Assembly (NCBI GenBank): GCA_965198005.1
Contig: CBDAOI010000003.1
Span: 416,001-480,000 of the forward strand
Length of the DNA stretch: 64,000 bases
Direction: 5' to 3'
Origin: Spirochaetia bacterium
GTDB lineage: Bacteria; Spirochaetota; Spirochaetia; SZUA-6; Bin103
The first letter of the stretch is position 1. Each line of letters starts with the position of its first letter. The notes beneath the pieces are model-generated. The model had not been told where the DNA came from. It ran no database searches and saw only the letters and a list, made by a program, of their open reading frames with translations. Shown here piece after piece: positions 31,902 through 44,400 of this stretch. A program made the translations under genes and the position numbers.

Positions 31902-32013
31902 CCCCGGCCGTGCTGCGCTCGAAGCGCAACTCCAACGCTTCCCGGATACTGTCCAGGAGCCCGCGCTGCCTTCCTGACCGTGCCGACTCGTCGCGTAGAG
32001 GTTAAGATACGCC

Positions 32014-33420
32014 ATGGTCAGGGGCCGGCTGCCGATCGGGATACAGACCTTCCGCAAGCTCCGGGAGCGGAACTGCTACTACGTCGACAAGACGGCTTAC
32101 ATAGACCGGCTGCTCCACGAGGGCACGCACTACTTTCTGTCGCGGCCGCGGCGGTTCGGCAAGAGCCTGTTCCTGGACACGCTGAAGGAGCTGTTCGAGG
32201 GCAACGAGGAACTGTTCGCGGGGCTCTACATCCACCAGCGCCACAACTGGACGGAGCGCCATCCGGTGGTGCGGCTGAGCTTCGGCGGCGGCAACTTCAA
32301 GGAGCCGGGGGAACTGCACGAGGACGTGATGCTCCAACTGGAGGATCTGGAGGAAGAGGCTGAGATCGCGGTCCGCCGAGTGAGCGCCCCGGCGCGCCTG
32401 CGCCGCTTGCTGCAGGCGCTGCATCGCAAGACCCGGCGGCGGGTGGCGGTGCTGGTGGACGAGTACGACAAGCCGATCCTGGACGCGCTGGTGGAGAAGC
32501 CGGAGGTGGCGCGCGCCAACCGCGACTACCTGCGCGGATTGTACGGGGTGATCAAGGACAGCGACGCGCACGTGGAGTTCACGTTCGTGACCGGCATCAG
32601 CAAGTTCTCGAAGGTGAACCTGTTCTCGCAATTGAACAACCTCACCGACCTGACGCTGGATCCGGTCTATTCGGCGATCTGCGGATACACGGAGCGGGAT
32701 CTGGACACGGTGTTCGCGCCGGAGCTGGGCGGGCTGGACCGGGAGCAGGTGCGGGAGTGGTACAACGGCTACCTGCTGCTAGCTGGCGCGAGGGACTGGT
32801 TCGGAGAAGGTGTACAACCCGTACGACCTGCTGCTGCGGAGGCGCTGCTGTTCCAGACCGGCTACCTGACCATCACGGGGGAAGAGGAGCTGGGCGGCAT
32901 GGCGCTGTACCGGCTGGGCTATCCGAACCGGGAAGTGCGGCAGAGCCTGAACCGGGTCCTGCTGAGCCATCTGGTGCAGGACACGGCGCGGCAGACGGTG
33001 AACAGCATGCGCCTGGCGCGGCTGCTGGACGCGGTCGATTGCGAAGGCCTGCGAGGTCTGTTCCATGCCTTCTTCGCGAGCATCCCGTACGAATGGCACA
33101 CCAACAACGACATCGCCGACTACGAAGGCTTTTGCGCGAGCGTGTTCTACTCGTACTTCGCGGCGCTGGGGTACGAGATCGTGGTGGAGGAGTCGAGCAG
33201 CCACGGGCGGCTCGACATGGCGGTGCGCGCCGGCGGGCAGGTGTACCTGTTCGAGTTCAAGGTGGCGGAGCTGGCGCCGCCGGGGTCTGCGCTGGCGCAG
33301 TTGCGGGAGCGGGACTACGCGGCCAAGTACCGGGGCGGAGGCGAGCCGATCCACCTCATCGGCGTGGAGTTCAGCCGCGACACGCGCAACGTGACCGCGT
33401 TCGAGGTGGCTGCCGGCTGA
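32014..33420 (+). pseudogene. AAA-ATPase-like + PD-(D/E)XK (PDDEXK_9) protein, copy 1, with internal scramble/deletion
   Basis: LPIGIQTF, YYVDKT, SRPRRFGKSL, LVDEYDKP, GRLD...YLFEFK; segment around 32770-32840 scrambled and about 50 aa missing relative to 54218 copy, frame kept. Confidence 0.85.
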
Positions 33421-33571
33421 CGATCTGTCGGCATGACGCGTCATTGTACCAATCCTGCTCACATTTGTCGTTTTGACGAACACAGCCCAGGCGCGCCTGC
33501 CGGTCTTCGAAGCGGCGCGTCGCGTCCTCCAGGAAACGATCGATCGTCCGCTCCACCTGTCCGGCGCCCCG

Positions 33572-33617
33572 AGACATAATATAATTATGTAATAGGAATA
33601 ATTGTATTATGTCAAAG
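33572..33617. promoter_or_regulatory. AT-rich double palindrome, candidate recombinase/regulator binding site
   Basis: ACATAAT-ATA-ATTATGT palindrome; GACATAATATAATTAT...ATAATTGTATTATGTC inverted repeat with one mismatch. Confidence 0.4.
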
Positions 33618-33878
33618 GACTTGCTGGCTCATCCTCTTGACATGACTGCGCAATGTCCAGTTCCATTTCGCCCAAGACGGCCGTAGCGCAACCGTGTGTG
33701 GACAGGCCATCGGAAGCGGGCAAACCCGCTCGCGGCCCGGAGCCTGGCAAGCGGGAGTGCGTCGTCGGACCGCGGGGGAGATTGCACGATGGGCTCTACT
33801 GGTGACTGTAGTTCGTTCGAGGCCATGACTGCGCTCCGGGCGCGGGAGCAACGCCGCGTAAGCACCGGCCTTATACAT

Positions 33879-35340
33879 ATGCCGCATCCGCCGCTGACCG
33901 GGCGGCGGGCCCCGCGCGGCGGGCGGCCCGGCCTCCGCCGCTTCGCCCGGGCGTTCGCCGCCGCGGCATTGCTCGCGCTCTTCGGCGCCCTCGCTCCGCC
34001 GGCGCAGGCCCAGACCTGCACCGACAACGACATCGACCTCGTGCGGGGAAAGAACGAGTCGGAAGGCAGCGTCCAGATCTGCCACGACAACTAGTGGCGC
34101 TCGGTCTGCGACGACGAACTAAAGGTTGCTTCCGAGCTTCCGACAACATTACTGCCAACGGCTGGGCGTTCGCCGGGGTCGTGTGCCGCCAGCTCGGCCA
34201 TGCCACCGGGACCCCGACAACCTCGTCGCAGTTCGGCGCGATCTTTCCCGTGAGTTTCTGGCTTGACGACGTGGTGTGCGACGGCACGGAGGCCAATCTC
34301 GGCGCCTGCGCGCACGCCGGCTGGGGAACGAACAACTGTTCCTTCAGCGAGCGGGCGGGCGTGCAGTGCACGGTGGCCGCGTCGGGGCTGACGGCGACGG
34401 GCGGAGACAACGCCTCGAGCTACACCGCGACCAAGCATGTCAACCTGATCGATTACGTGTTCCAGGTGCGCGCGGTGAATGCCGGGGGCGGGAGCGGGCC
34501 GTCGAACGAGGCGGCGGCGACGCCGCTGCACCCGGACGCGCCGCCGGCGCCGACGGTGAGCGCGCCCGCGGGCACGGCGGGGCTGCTGGAGGTGAGCTGG
34601 ACGGAGCCGACCGCTGGAGCTTACGTGGTGCGGTACTGGCCGGCCGATGAAGACGGCAGCACGCGGCGGACCAGGTCGGCGTCGGACCAGAACGCGCTGG
34701 TGGCTCTGGTCGCCGGCGTCAGTGACTGCGCCGATGTCACCACCGCCCATCTCGCCGCCATCACCGGCGAGTTGGACCTGGGAAATCAGGACCCCAAGAT
34801 CACCGCCCTCGCGGCCGGGGATTTCGACGGGCTGAACTCGCTGACGACACTGGGTCTGTCGGGAAACGCTTTAACCACGCTGCCCGCCGGGGTGTTCGAC
34901 GACCTGACCGCACTGAACAGGCTGGATCCTAGCCACAACACTCTGACCGAGCTTCCCGCCGGGGTGTTCAAGAAACTGACCGCGCTGAGGTTTCTACTGT
35001 TGCGGTACAACGATCTGACCGAGCTTCCCGACGGGGTGTTCGACGGGCTGACCGCGCTGAGCCAGCTCTGGCTGGACCGGACCGCGCTGACCGAGCTTCC
35101 CGAAGGGATGTTCGTCGAGCTGACCTCGCTGAACTTGGGTGATCGGTCGGCAAACGGTCATCAGGATCGAAGCGGACTCCCGCTCGGTGGTGGACGAAGG
35201 CGCACCGTTGCGCTTCACGCTGTCGCGCGACCAACCCCACGGCAGCCTCCGATCGCGAAACCGGCGGAACACGAAGTCGCCGCAAGCGCCGCGGTGAACG
35301 TGACGGCGGTGAACGACCCGGCCACGGGCGCGCCGATGGC
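33879..35340 (+). pseudogene. degraded secreted protein: signal peptide, SRCR domain, FN3-like pieces, LRRs
   Basis: AQA|QTC signal; EGSVQICHDN*WRSVCDD...VVCRQLG...WLDDVVCDGTEANLGAC...GWGTNNC...AGVQC; TAG at 34092 and 8-bp duplication at 34128-34143; LRR cap shared with 35630-35800. Confidence 0.8.
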
Positions 35341-35480
35341 CGGCCGTGTGCGGCACCTCCTCCCCCTGTGGGCAGTACGAGTTGACGACAAGTGGTCTTG
35401 CTATTGGTCTCGGGATGACTACTAGAGAGCCGAGTGTCGGGATGTGCAGTGGCCGTCGAGGACGCGGCGCGGGTCTTCCC

Positions 35481-38400
35481 ATGACCTCCGCCGTCGACCC
35501 CGGTCCGGTGCGTGCCCGCGCAGGTCGGGCCTGGCCCGCAGTGGCTGGACTGCTGCTGCTCGCGACGCTGGCCCCGGAGCCGGCCCATGCGCAGACCGGC
35601 ATCTGCGGGCGGACAGAGGTGGTGCGCGACGCGCTGGTGGCTCTGGTCGCCGGCGTCAGTGACTGCGCCCTTGTCACCGACACCCATCTTGCCGCCATCA
35701 CCGGCGAGCTGGACCTGGAAGGCGAGCTGGATCCGGAAACGGGAAATTATGTCCCCAAGATCACCGCCCTCGCGGCCGGAGATTTCGACGGGCTGACCTC
35801 GCTGACCACGCTGGATCTCTCCTTCAACGATCTGACCACGCTGCCCGACGGGGTGTTCGACGAGCTGACCTCGCTGACCACGCTGGAACTGCTCCACAAC
35901 AACGATCTGACGCTGACCGACGGGGTGTTCGACGAACTGACCTCGCTAACGGGTCTGTATCTCTTCAACAACGGGCTGACCACGCTTCCCGACGGGGTGT
36001 TCGACGAGCTGACCTCGCTGACCCATCTGCAACTGCACCACAACAACGATCTGACGCTGCCCGACGGGGTGTTCGACGGGCTGACCTCGCTGACCGTTCT
36101 GCAACTGCATGTCAACGGGCTGACCTCGCTGCCCGACGGGGTGTTCGACGAGCTGACCTCGCTACTGAGTCTATTTCTGAACCATAACGAGCTGACCTCG
36201 CTGCCCGACGGGGTGTTCGACGAGCTGACCTCGCTAACGGGTCTATTTCTGAACGATAACAAGTTGACCACGCTGCCCGACGGGGTGTTCAACGAGCTGA
36301 CCTCGTTGACCACGCTGAACCTGCAGGAGAATCCCGGGGCGCCCTTTGCGCCCACCGCCGTGGCCCTGCCCGATGACGGAACGATTCCCCTCGCCGGAGG
36401 CACGGTGACGCTCGACGGCAGCGCTAGCGGCGGGGCGTGGGGCACGAATGTCACCTATTCCTGGGCGCTGACCAATCCGGCGAACGGGGTGACGGTGACG
36501 TTTGACGATAACGCGAGCGCCAAGCCGGTGGTGACGATCCCGGCGCTGGCGGAGAACACCGAGCTTACCTTCACCCTCACCGTGACCGGTCAAGGCGGCA
36601 CACACGGCATTTCCCCCGCCACCGCCACCGCCACCGTGACGGCGAGGGCAAACACCGCCCCGGACGCGACGGACGCGACGGTCAGCACCGACGAGGACAC
36701 GGCCTACGACTTCGATGCCAGCGACTTTAACTTCACCGACGACGACTCCGGCGACACGCTGGCGAGCGTGAAGATTACGTCCCTGCTTGGGTCCGGCAAA
36801 GGCAGCCTGACGCTTGACGGGTCGGCTGTGACGGCAGACCAGGTGGTTTCCGGGGCCGACATCGATGCGGACAAGCTCGTCTACAACCCGCCGGCGAACG
36901 CCAACGGCGATGACTACGCCAGCTTCGGCTTCAAGGTGAGCGACGGCACGGATGAGAGCGTCTCGGCCTACACCATGACGATCGACGTCACGGCGGTGAA
37001 CGACGCCGCGACGGGTGAGCCGGCGATATCGGGCACGGCCCGGGTGGGGAGTGAGTTGACCGCGGCCAAGGGCACCATTGCCGACGTCGAGGGGTTGACG
37101 AGCGTCAGCTACAGCTACCAGTGGATACGTGTCGACGGCACGGAAGAGACGGACATCACCGGGGCGACGTCAAGCACCTACACCCTGGTGGCCGCCGACC
37201 AGGGCAAGAAGGTCAAGGTGAGGCTCGGCTTCACCGATGACGGCGGCACCGGCGAGGCGCGGACCAGCGCGGCCTATCCGGACGGTGCGACGGTGCTTCC
37301 GCCCCCGGCGGTGCTCATCAGCGGCGCCGACGACCTCAAGACCGGTGAAGATGGCACGACCGCCACTTTCCAGGTGCGGCTCGCCGCCGCGCCGGTGAAC
37401 GAAGTCACCGTGACGCCTTCGAGCAGCGACACGGGCGAGGGCACGGTGTCCGGGGCGCTGACCTTCACCACGACCAACTGGAACACCGCCAGGACGGTGA
37501 CCGTGACCGGCGTGGACGATGCGGACGTGGACGGTGAGCAGTCTTTCAGTATCACTTTCAGGGTTGAAAGCACGGACCCGGGTTACGCCGGCATCAGCGT
37601 CCCCGCGGTGTCCGTGACCAACGCCGATGACGAACCGCTGGCGCTGATCCTCGACGCGATCGCCACCGACAACACGGTGAACATCGCCGAGAAGGCGGCG
37701 GGGTTTGCGATCTCGGGCGCCACCGGCTCGCAGGGGGGTGTGAGTGTCACCGTGACGGTGGGCACGACGGAGCTGACGGCGACCTCCGTCGCCGCCGACC
37801 CGGCGACCTGGTCGGTGGCCGTGCCGGCGAACGCGGCCTACCTCACCGGCACGAGCGTGGCGGTGGCGGTGAGCGCGAGCAAGACCGGGTACACGGCGCC
37901 GGGCGACGTGACGCGCACTCTCGCGGTGGACCTGGCGGCGCCTTCGGCGACCTACACGGCGCCCTCTTCGCTGCAGGTGGGGGTGGCCATCGGCGCCATG
38001 ACGCCGAGCACCACGGACCCCGACATCGCCTCCTACGGCGCCACGGGTCTGCCGTCGGGGCTGGGCATCGACACCGGCACCGGGGTCATCGACGGCACGC
38101 CGGCCACGGCCGACGCCAACACCGCCGACGCCACGGTGACGGTGACCGACACCGCCGGCAACACCGCCACGGTCGACATCACCTTCCCGGCGGTGGCCAA
38201 GGGGGACCAGACGCTGACGGGGTTCGCCTACAGCCCCGCCACGGTGACCTATGGCGACACCGCCCCGACGGTGACGGCGCCGGGCGGGGTGCAGACCACC
38301 CTGTTGTACTCGGCCACGCCGGCCACGGTGTGCACGGTGGACGCGTCCACCGGCGCCCTGATCCTGGCGGGGGTGGGCGACTGCGTGATTACCGCCACCG

Positions 38401-41400
38401 CGGCAGGCGCCGCCGACTACAACGAGGCCACCGCGGCGTTCACCGTCACGGTGGCGGCGGCCGGCGCGCTGGCGCTGACCCTCGACGCCATCGCCACCGA
38501 CAACACGGTGAACATCGCCGAGAAGGCGGCCGGGTTTGCGATCTCGGGCGCCACCGGCTCGGAGGGGGGTGTGAGTGTCACCGTGACGGTGGGCACGACG
38601 GAGCTGACGGCGACCTCCGCCGCCGCCGACCCGGCGACCTGGTCGGTGGCCGTGCCGGCGAACGCGGCGTACCTCACCGGCACCAGCGTCACGGTGACGG
38701 TGAGCGCGAGCAAGACCGGGTACACGGCGCCGGGCGACGTGACGCGCACCGTCGCGGTGGACCTGGCGGCGCCTTCGGCGACCTACACGGCGCCCTCGTC
38801 GCTGCAGGTGGGGGTGGCCGTCGGCGCCATGACGCCGAGCACCACGGACCCCGACATCGCCTCCTACGGCGCCACGGGTCTGCCGTCGGGGCTCGGCATC
38901 GACACCGGCACCGGGGTCATCGACGGCACGCCGGACACGGCCGACGCCAACGCCGCCGAGGCCACGGTGACGGTGACCGACACCGCCGGCAACACCGTGG
39001 ACGTCCCGATCACTTTCCCGGCGGTGGCCAAGGGGGACCAGACGCTGACGGGGTTCGCCTACAGCCCCGCCACGGCATGGCGACACCGCTCCGGCGGTGA
39101 CGGCGCCGGGCGGGGTGCAGACGACCCTGTCGTACTCGGCCACGCCGGCCACGGTGTGCACGGTGGACGCGTCCAGCGGCGCCCTGACCCTGGCGGGGGT
39201 GGGCGAGTGCGTGATCACCGCCACCGCGGCGCCGAGCGACGACTACAACCAGGGGACGGCCACCTACACGGTCACGGTGGCGGCGGCGGGCACGCTGGCG
39301 CTGACCCTCGACGCCATCGCCACCGACAACACGGTGAACATCGCCGAGAAGGCGGCCGGGTTTGCGATCTCGGGCGCCACCGGCTCGCAGGGGGGTGTGA
39401 GTGTCACCGTGACGGTGGGCACGACGGAGCTGACGGCGACCTCCGCCGCCGCCGACCCGGCGACCTGGTCGGTGGCCGTGCCGGCGAACGCGGCGTACCT
39501 CACCGGCACCAGCGTCACGGTGACGGTGAGCGCGAGCAAGACCGGGTACACGGCGCCGGGCGACGTGACGCGCACCGTCGCGGTGGACCTGACGGCGCCT
39601 TCGGCGACCTACACGGCGCCCTCGTCGCTGCAGGTGGGGGCGGCCATCGGCGCCATGACGCCGAGCACCACGGACCCCGACATCGCCTCCTACGGCGCCA
39701 CGGGCCTGCCGTCGGGGCTCGGCATCGACACCGGCACCGGGGTCATCGACGGCACGCCGGCCACGGCCGACGCCAACACCGCCGAGGCCACGGTGACGGT
39801 GACCGACACCGCCGGCAACACCGCCACGGTCGACATCACTTTCCCGGCGGTGGCCAAGGGGGACCAGACGCTGACGGGGTTCGCCTACAGCCCCGCCTCG
39901 GTGACCTATGGCGACACCGCTCCGGCGGTGACGGCGCCGGGCGGGGTGCAGACGACCCTGTCGTACTCGGCCACGCCGGCCACGGTGTGCACGGTGGACG
40001 CGTCCAGCGGCGCCCTGACCCTGGCGGGGGTGGGCGAGTGCGTGATCACCGCCACCGCGGCGCCGAGCGACGACTACAACCAGGGGACGGCCACCTACAC
40101 GGTCACGGTGGCGGCGGCGGGCACGCTGGCGCTGACCCTCGACGCCATCGCCACCGACAACACGGTGAACATCGCCGAGAAGGCGGCCGGGTTTGCGATC
40201 TCGGGCGCCACCGGCTCGCAGGGGGGTGTGAGTGTCACCGTGACGGTGGGCACGACGGAGCTGACGGCGACGTCCGTCGCCGCCGACCCGGCGACCTGGT
40301 CGGTGGCCGTGCCGGCGAACGCGGCGTACCTCACCGGCACCAGCGTCACGGTGACGGTGAGCGCGAGCAAGACCGGGTACACGGCGCCGGGCGACGTGAC
40401 GCGCGCCCTCGCGGTGGACCTGGCGGCGCCTTCGGCGACCTACACGGCGCCCTCGTCGCTGCAGGTGGGGGCGGCCATCGGCGCCATGACGCCGAGCACC
40501 ACGGACCCCGACATCGCCTCCTACGGCGCCACGGGTCTGCCGCCGGGGCTCGGCATCGACACCGGCACCGGGGTCATCGACGGCACGCCGGACACGGCCG
40601 ACGCCAACGCCGCCGACGCCACGGTGACGGTGACCGACACCGCCGGCAACACCGTGGACGTCCCGATCACTTTCCCGGCGGTGGCCAAGGGGGACCAGAC
40701 CCTGACGGGGTTCGCCTACAGCCCCGCCACGGTGACCTATGGCGACACCGCTCCGACCGTCACCCCCCCTACCGGGGCTCAGACCACCCTGTCGTACTCG
40801 GCCACGCCGGCCACGGTGTGCACGGTGGACGCGTCCAGCGGCGCCCTGACCCTGGCGGGGGTGGGCGAGTGCGTGATCACCGCCACCGCCGCGCCGAGCG
40901 ACGACTACAACCAGGGGACGGCCACCTACACGGTCACGGTGGCGGCGGCGGGCACGCTGGCGCTGACCCTCGACGCCATCGCCACCGACAACACGGTGAA
41001 CATCGCCGAGAAGGCGGCCGGGTTTGCGATCTCGGGCGCCACCGGCTCGCAGGGGGGTGTGAGTGTCACCGTGACGGTGGGCACGACGGAGCTGACGGCG
41101 ACCTCCGTCGCCGCCGACCCGGCGACCTGGTCGGTGGCCGTGCCGGCGAACGCGGCCTACCTCACCGGCACGAGCGTGGCGGTGGCGGTGAGCGCGAGCA
41201 AGACCGGGTACACGGCGCCGGGCGACGTGACGCGCACCGTCGCGGTGGACCTGGCGGCGCCTTCGGCGACCTACACGGCGCCCTCGTCGCTGCAGGTGGG
41301 GGCGGCCGTCGGCGCCATGACGCCGAGCACCACGGACCCCGACATCGCCTCCTACGGCGCCACGGGTCTGCCGCCGGGGCTGGGCATCGACACCGGCACC

Positions 41401-44400
41401 GGGGTCATCGACGGCACGCCGGCCACGGCCGACGCCAACACCGCCGCCGCCACGGTGACGGTGACCGACACCGCCGGCAACACCGCCACGGTCGACATCA
41501 CCTTCCCGGCGGTGGCCAAGGGGGACCAGACGCTGACGGGGTTCGCCTACAGCCCCGCCTCGGTGACCTATGGCGACACCGCTCCGGCGGTGACGGCGCC
41601 GGGCGGGGTGCAGACGACCCTGTCGTACTCGGCCACGCCGGCCACGGTGTGCACGGTGGACGCGTCCAGCGGCGCCCTGACCCTGGCGGGGGTGGGCGAG
41701 TGCGTGATTACCGCCACGGCCGCAGGCGCCGCCAACTACAACGAGGCCACCGCGGCGTTCACCGTCACGGTGGCGGCGGCGGGCACGCTGGCGCTGACCC
41801 TCGACGCCATCGCCACCGACAACACGGTGAACATCGCCGAGAAGGCGGCCGGGTTTGCGATCTCGGGCGCCACCGGCTCGCAGGGGGGTGTGAGTGTCAC
41901 CGTGACGGTGGGCACGACGGAGCTGACGGCGACGTCCGTCGCCGCCGACCCGGCGACCTGGTCGGTGGCCGTGCCGGCGAACGCGGCGTACCTCACCGGC
42001 ACCAGCGTGGCGGTGACGGTGAGCGCGAGCAAGACCGGGTACACGGCGCCGGGCGACGTGACGCGCACCGTCGCGGTGGACCTGACGGCGCCTTCGGCGA
42101 CCTACACGGCGCCCTCGTCGCTGCAGGTGGGGGTGGCCGTCGGCGCCATGACGCCGAGCACCACGGACCCCGACATCGCCTCCTACGGCGCCACGGGTCT
42201 GCCGCCGGGGCTCGGCATCGACACCGGCACCGGGGTCATCGACGGCACGCCGGCCACGGCCGACGCCAACACCGCCGAGGCCACGGTGACGGTGACCGAC
42301 ACCGCCGGCAACACCGCCACGGTCGACATCACCTTCCCGGCGGTGGCCAAGGGGGACCAGACGCTGACGGGGTTCGCCTACAGCCCCGCCACGGTGACCT
42401 ATGGCGACACCGCTCCGGCGGTGACGGCGCCGGGCGGGGTGCAGACGACCCTGTCGTACTCGGCCACGCCGGCCACGGTGTGCACGGTGGACGCGTCCAG
42501 CGGCGCCCTGACCCTGGCGGGGGTGGGCGAGTGCGTGATCACCGCCACCGCGGCAGGCGCCGCCGACTACAACGAGGCCACCGCGGCGTTCACCGTCACG
42601 GTGGCGGCGGCCGGCGCGCTGGCGCTGACCCTCGACGCCATCGCCACCGACAACACGGTGAACATCGCCGAGAAGGCGGCCGGGTTTGCGATCTCGGGCG
42701 CCACCGGCTCGGAGGGGGGTGTGAGCGTCACCGTGACGGTGGGCACGACGGAGCTGACGGCGACGTCCGTCGCCGCCGACCCGGCGACCTGGTCGGTGGC
42801 CGTGCCGGCGAACGCGGCGTACCTCACCGGCACCAGCGTGGCGGTGACGGTGAGCGCGAGCAAGACCGGGTACACGGCGCCGAGCGACGTGACGCGCACC
42901 GTCGCGGTGGACCTGGCGGCGCCTTCGGCGACCTACACGGCGCCCTCGTCGCTGCAGGTGGGGGTGGCCGTCGGCGCCATGACGCCGAGCACCACGGACC
43001 CCGACATCGCCTCCTACGGCGCCACGGGTCTGCCGTCGGGGCTCGGCATCGACACCGGCACCGGGGTCATCGACGGCACGCCGGACACGGCCGACGCCAA
43101 CACCGCCGACGCCACGGTGACGGTGACCGACACCGCCGGCAACACCGTGGACGTCCCGATCACCTTCCCGGCGGTGGCCAAGGGGGACCAGACGCTGACG
43201 GGGTTCGCCTACAGCCCCGCCACGGTGACCTATGGCGACACCGCTCCGGCGGTGACGGCGCCGGGCGGGGTGCAGACGACCCTGTCGTACTCGGCCACGC
43301 CGGCCACGGTGTGCACGGTGGACGCGTCCAGCGGCGCCCTGACCCTGGCGGGGGTGGGCGAGTGCGTGATCACCGCCACCGCGGCGCCGAGCGACGACTA
43401 CAACCAGGGGACGGCCACCTACACGGTCACGGTGGCGGCGGCGGGCACGCTGGCGCTGACCCTCGACGCCATCGCCACCGACAACACGGTGAACATCGCC
43501 GAGAAGGCGGCCGGGTTTGCGATCTCGGGCGCCACCGGCTCGCAGGGGGGTGTGAGTGTCACCGTGACGGTGGGCGGGACGGACCTGACGGCGACCTCCG
43601 CCGCCGCCGACCCGGCGACCTGGTCGGTGGCCGTGCCGGCGAACGCGGCGTACCTCACCGGCACCAGCGTCACGGTGACGGTGAGCGCGAGCAAGACCGG
43701 GTACACGGCGCCGGGCGACGTGACGCGCACCGTCGCGGTGGACCTGGCGGCGCCTTCGGCGACCTACACGGCGCCCTCGTCGCTGCAGGTGGGGGCGGCC
43801 GTCGGCGCCATGACGCCGAGCACCACGGACCCCGACATCGCCTCCTACGGCGCCACGGGTCTGCCGTCGGGGCTCGGCATCGACACCGGCACCGGGGTCA
43901 TCGACGGCACGCCGGACACGGCCGACGCCAACGCCGCCGAGGCCACGGTGACGGTGACCGACACCGCCGGCAACACCGTGGACGTCCCGATCACTTTCCC
44001 GGCGGTGGCCAAGGGGGACCAGACGCTGACGGGGTTCGCCTACAGCCCCGCCACGGTGACCTATGGCGACACCGCTCCGGCGGTGACGGCGCCGGGCGGG
44101 GTGCAGACGACCCTGTCGTACTCGGCCACGCCGGCCACGGTGTGCACGGTGGACGCGTCCAGCGGCGCCCTGACCCTGGCGGGGGTGGGCGAGTGCGTGA
44201 TCACCGCCACCGCCGCACCGAGCGACGACTACAACCAGGGGACGGCCACCTACACGGTCACGGTGGCGGCGGCGGGCACGCTGGCGCTGACCCTCGACGC
44301 CATCGCCACCGACAACACGGTGAACATCGCCGAGAAGGCGGCCGGGTTTGCGATCTCGGGCGCCACCGGCTCGCAGGGGGGTGTGAGCGTCACCGTGACG

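Larger units (their letters stand above)
31094..33420. repeat. long direct repeat, left copy (matches 58785-61664)
   Basis: Same order and near identity: deleted coiled-coil gene remnant, palindrome, Ig-like gene, AAA gene; left copy lacks about 415 bp at 31410. Confidence 0.9.

Noticed and set aside
34092-34094. Pyrrolysine or programmed readthrough at the TAG in the SRCR domain
   Set aside because: A frameshift follows 35 bp later and the gene has further deletions; a nonsense mutation is simpler
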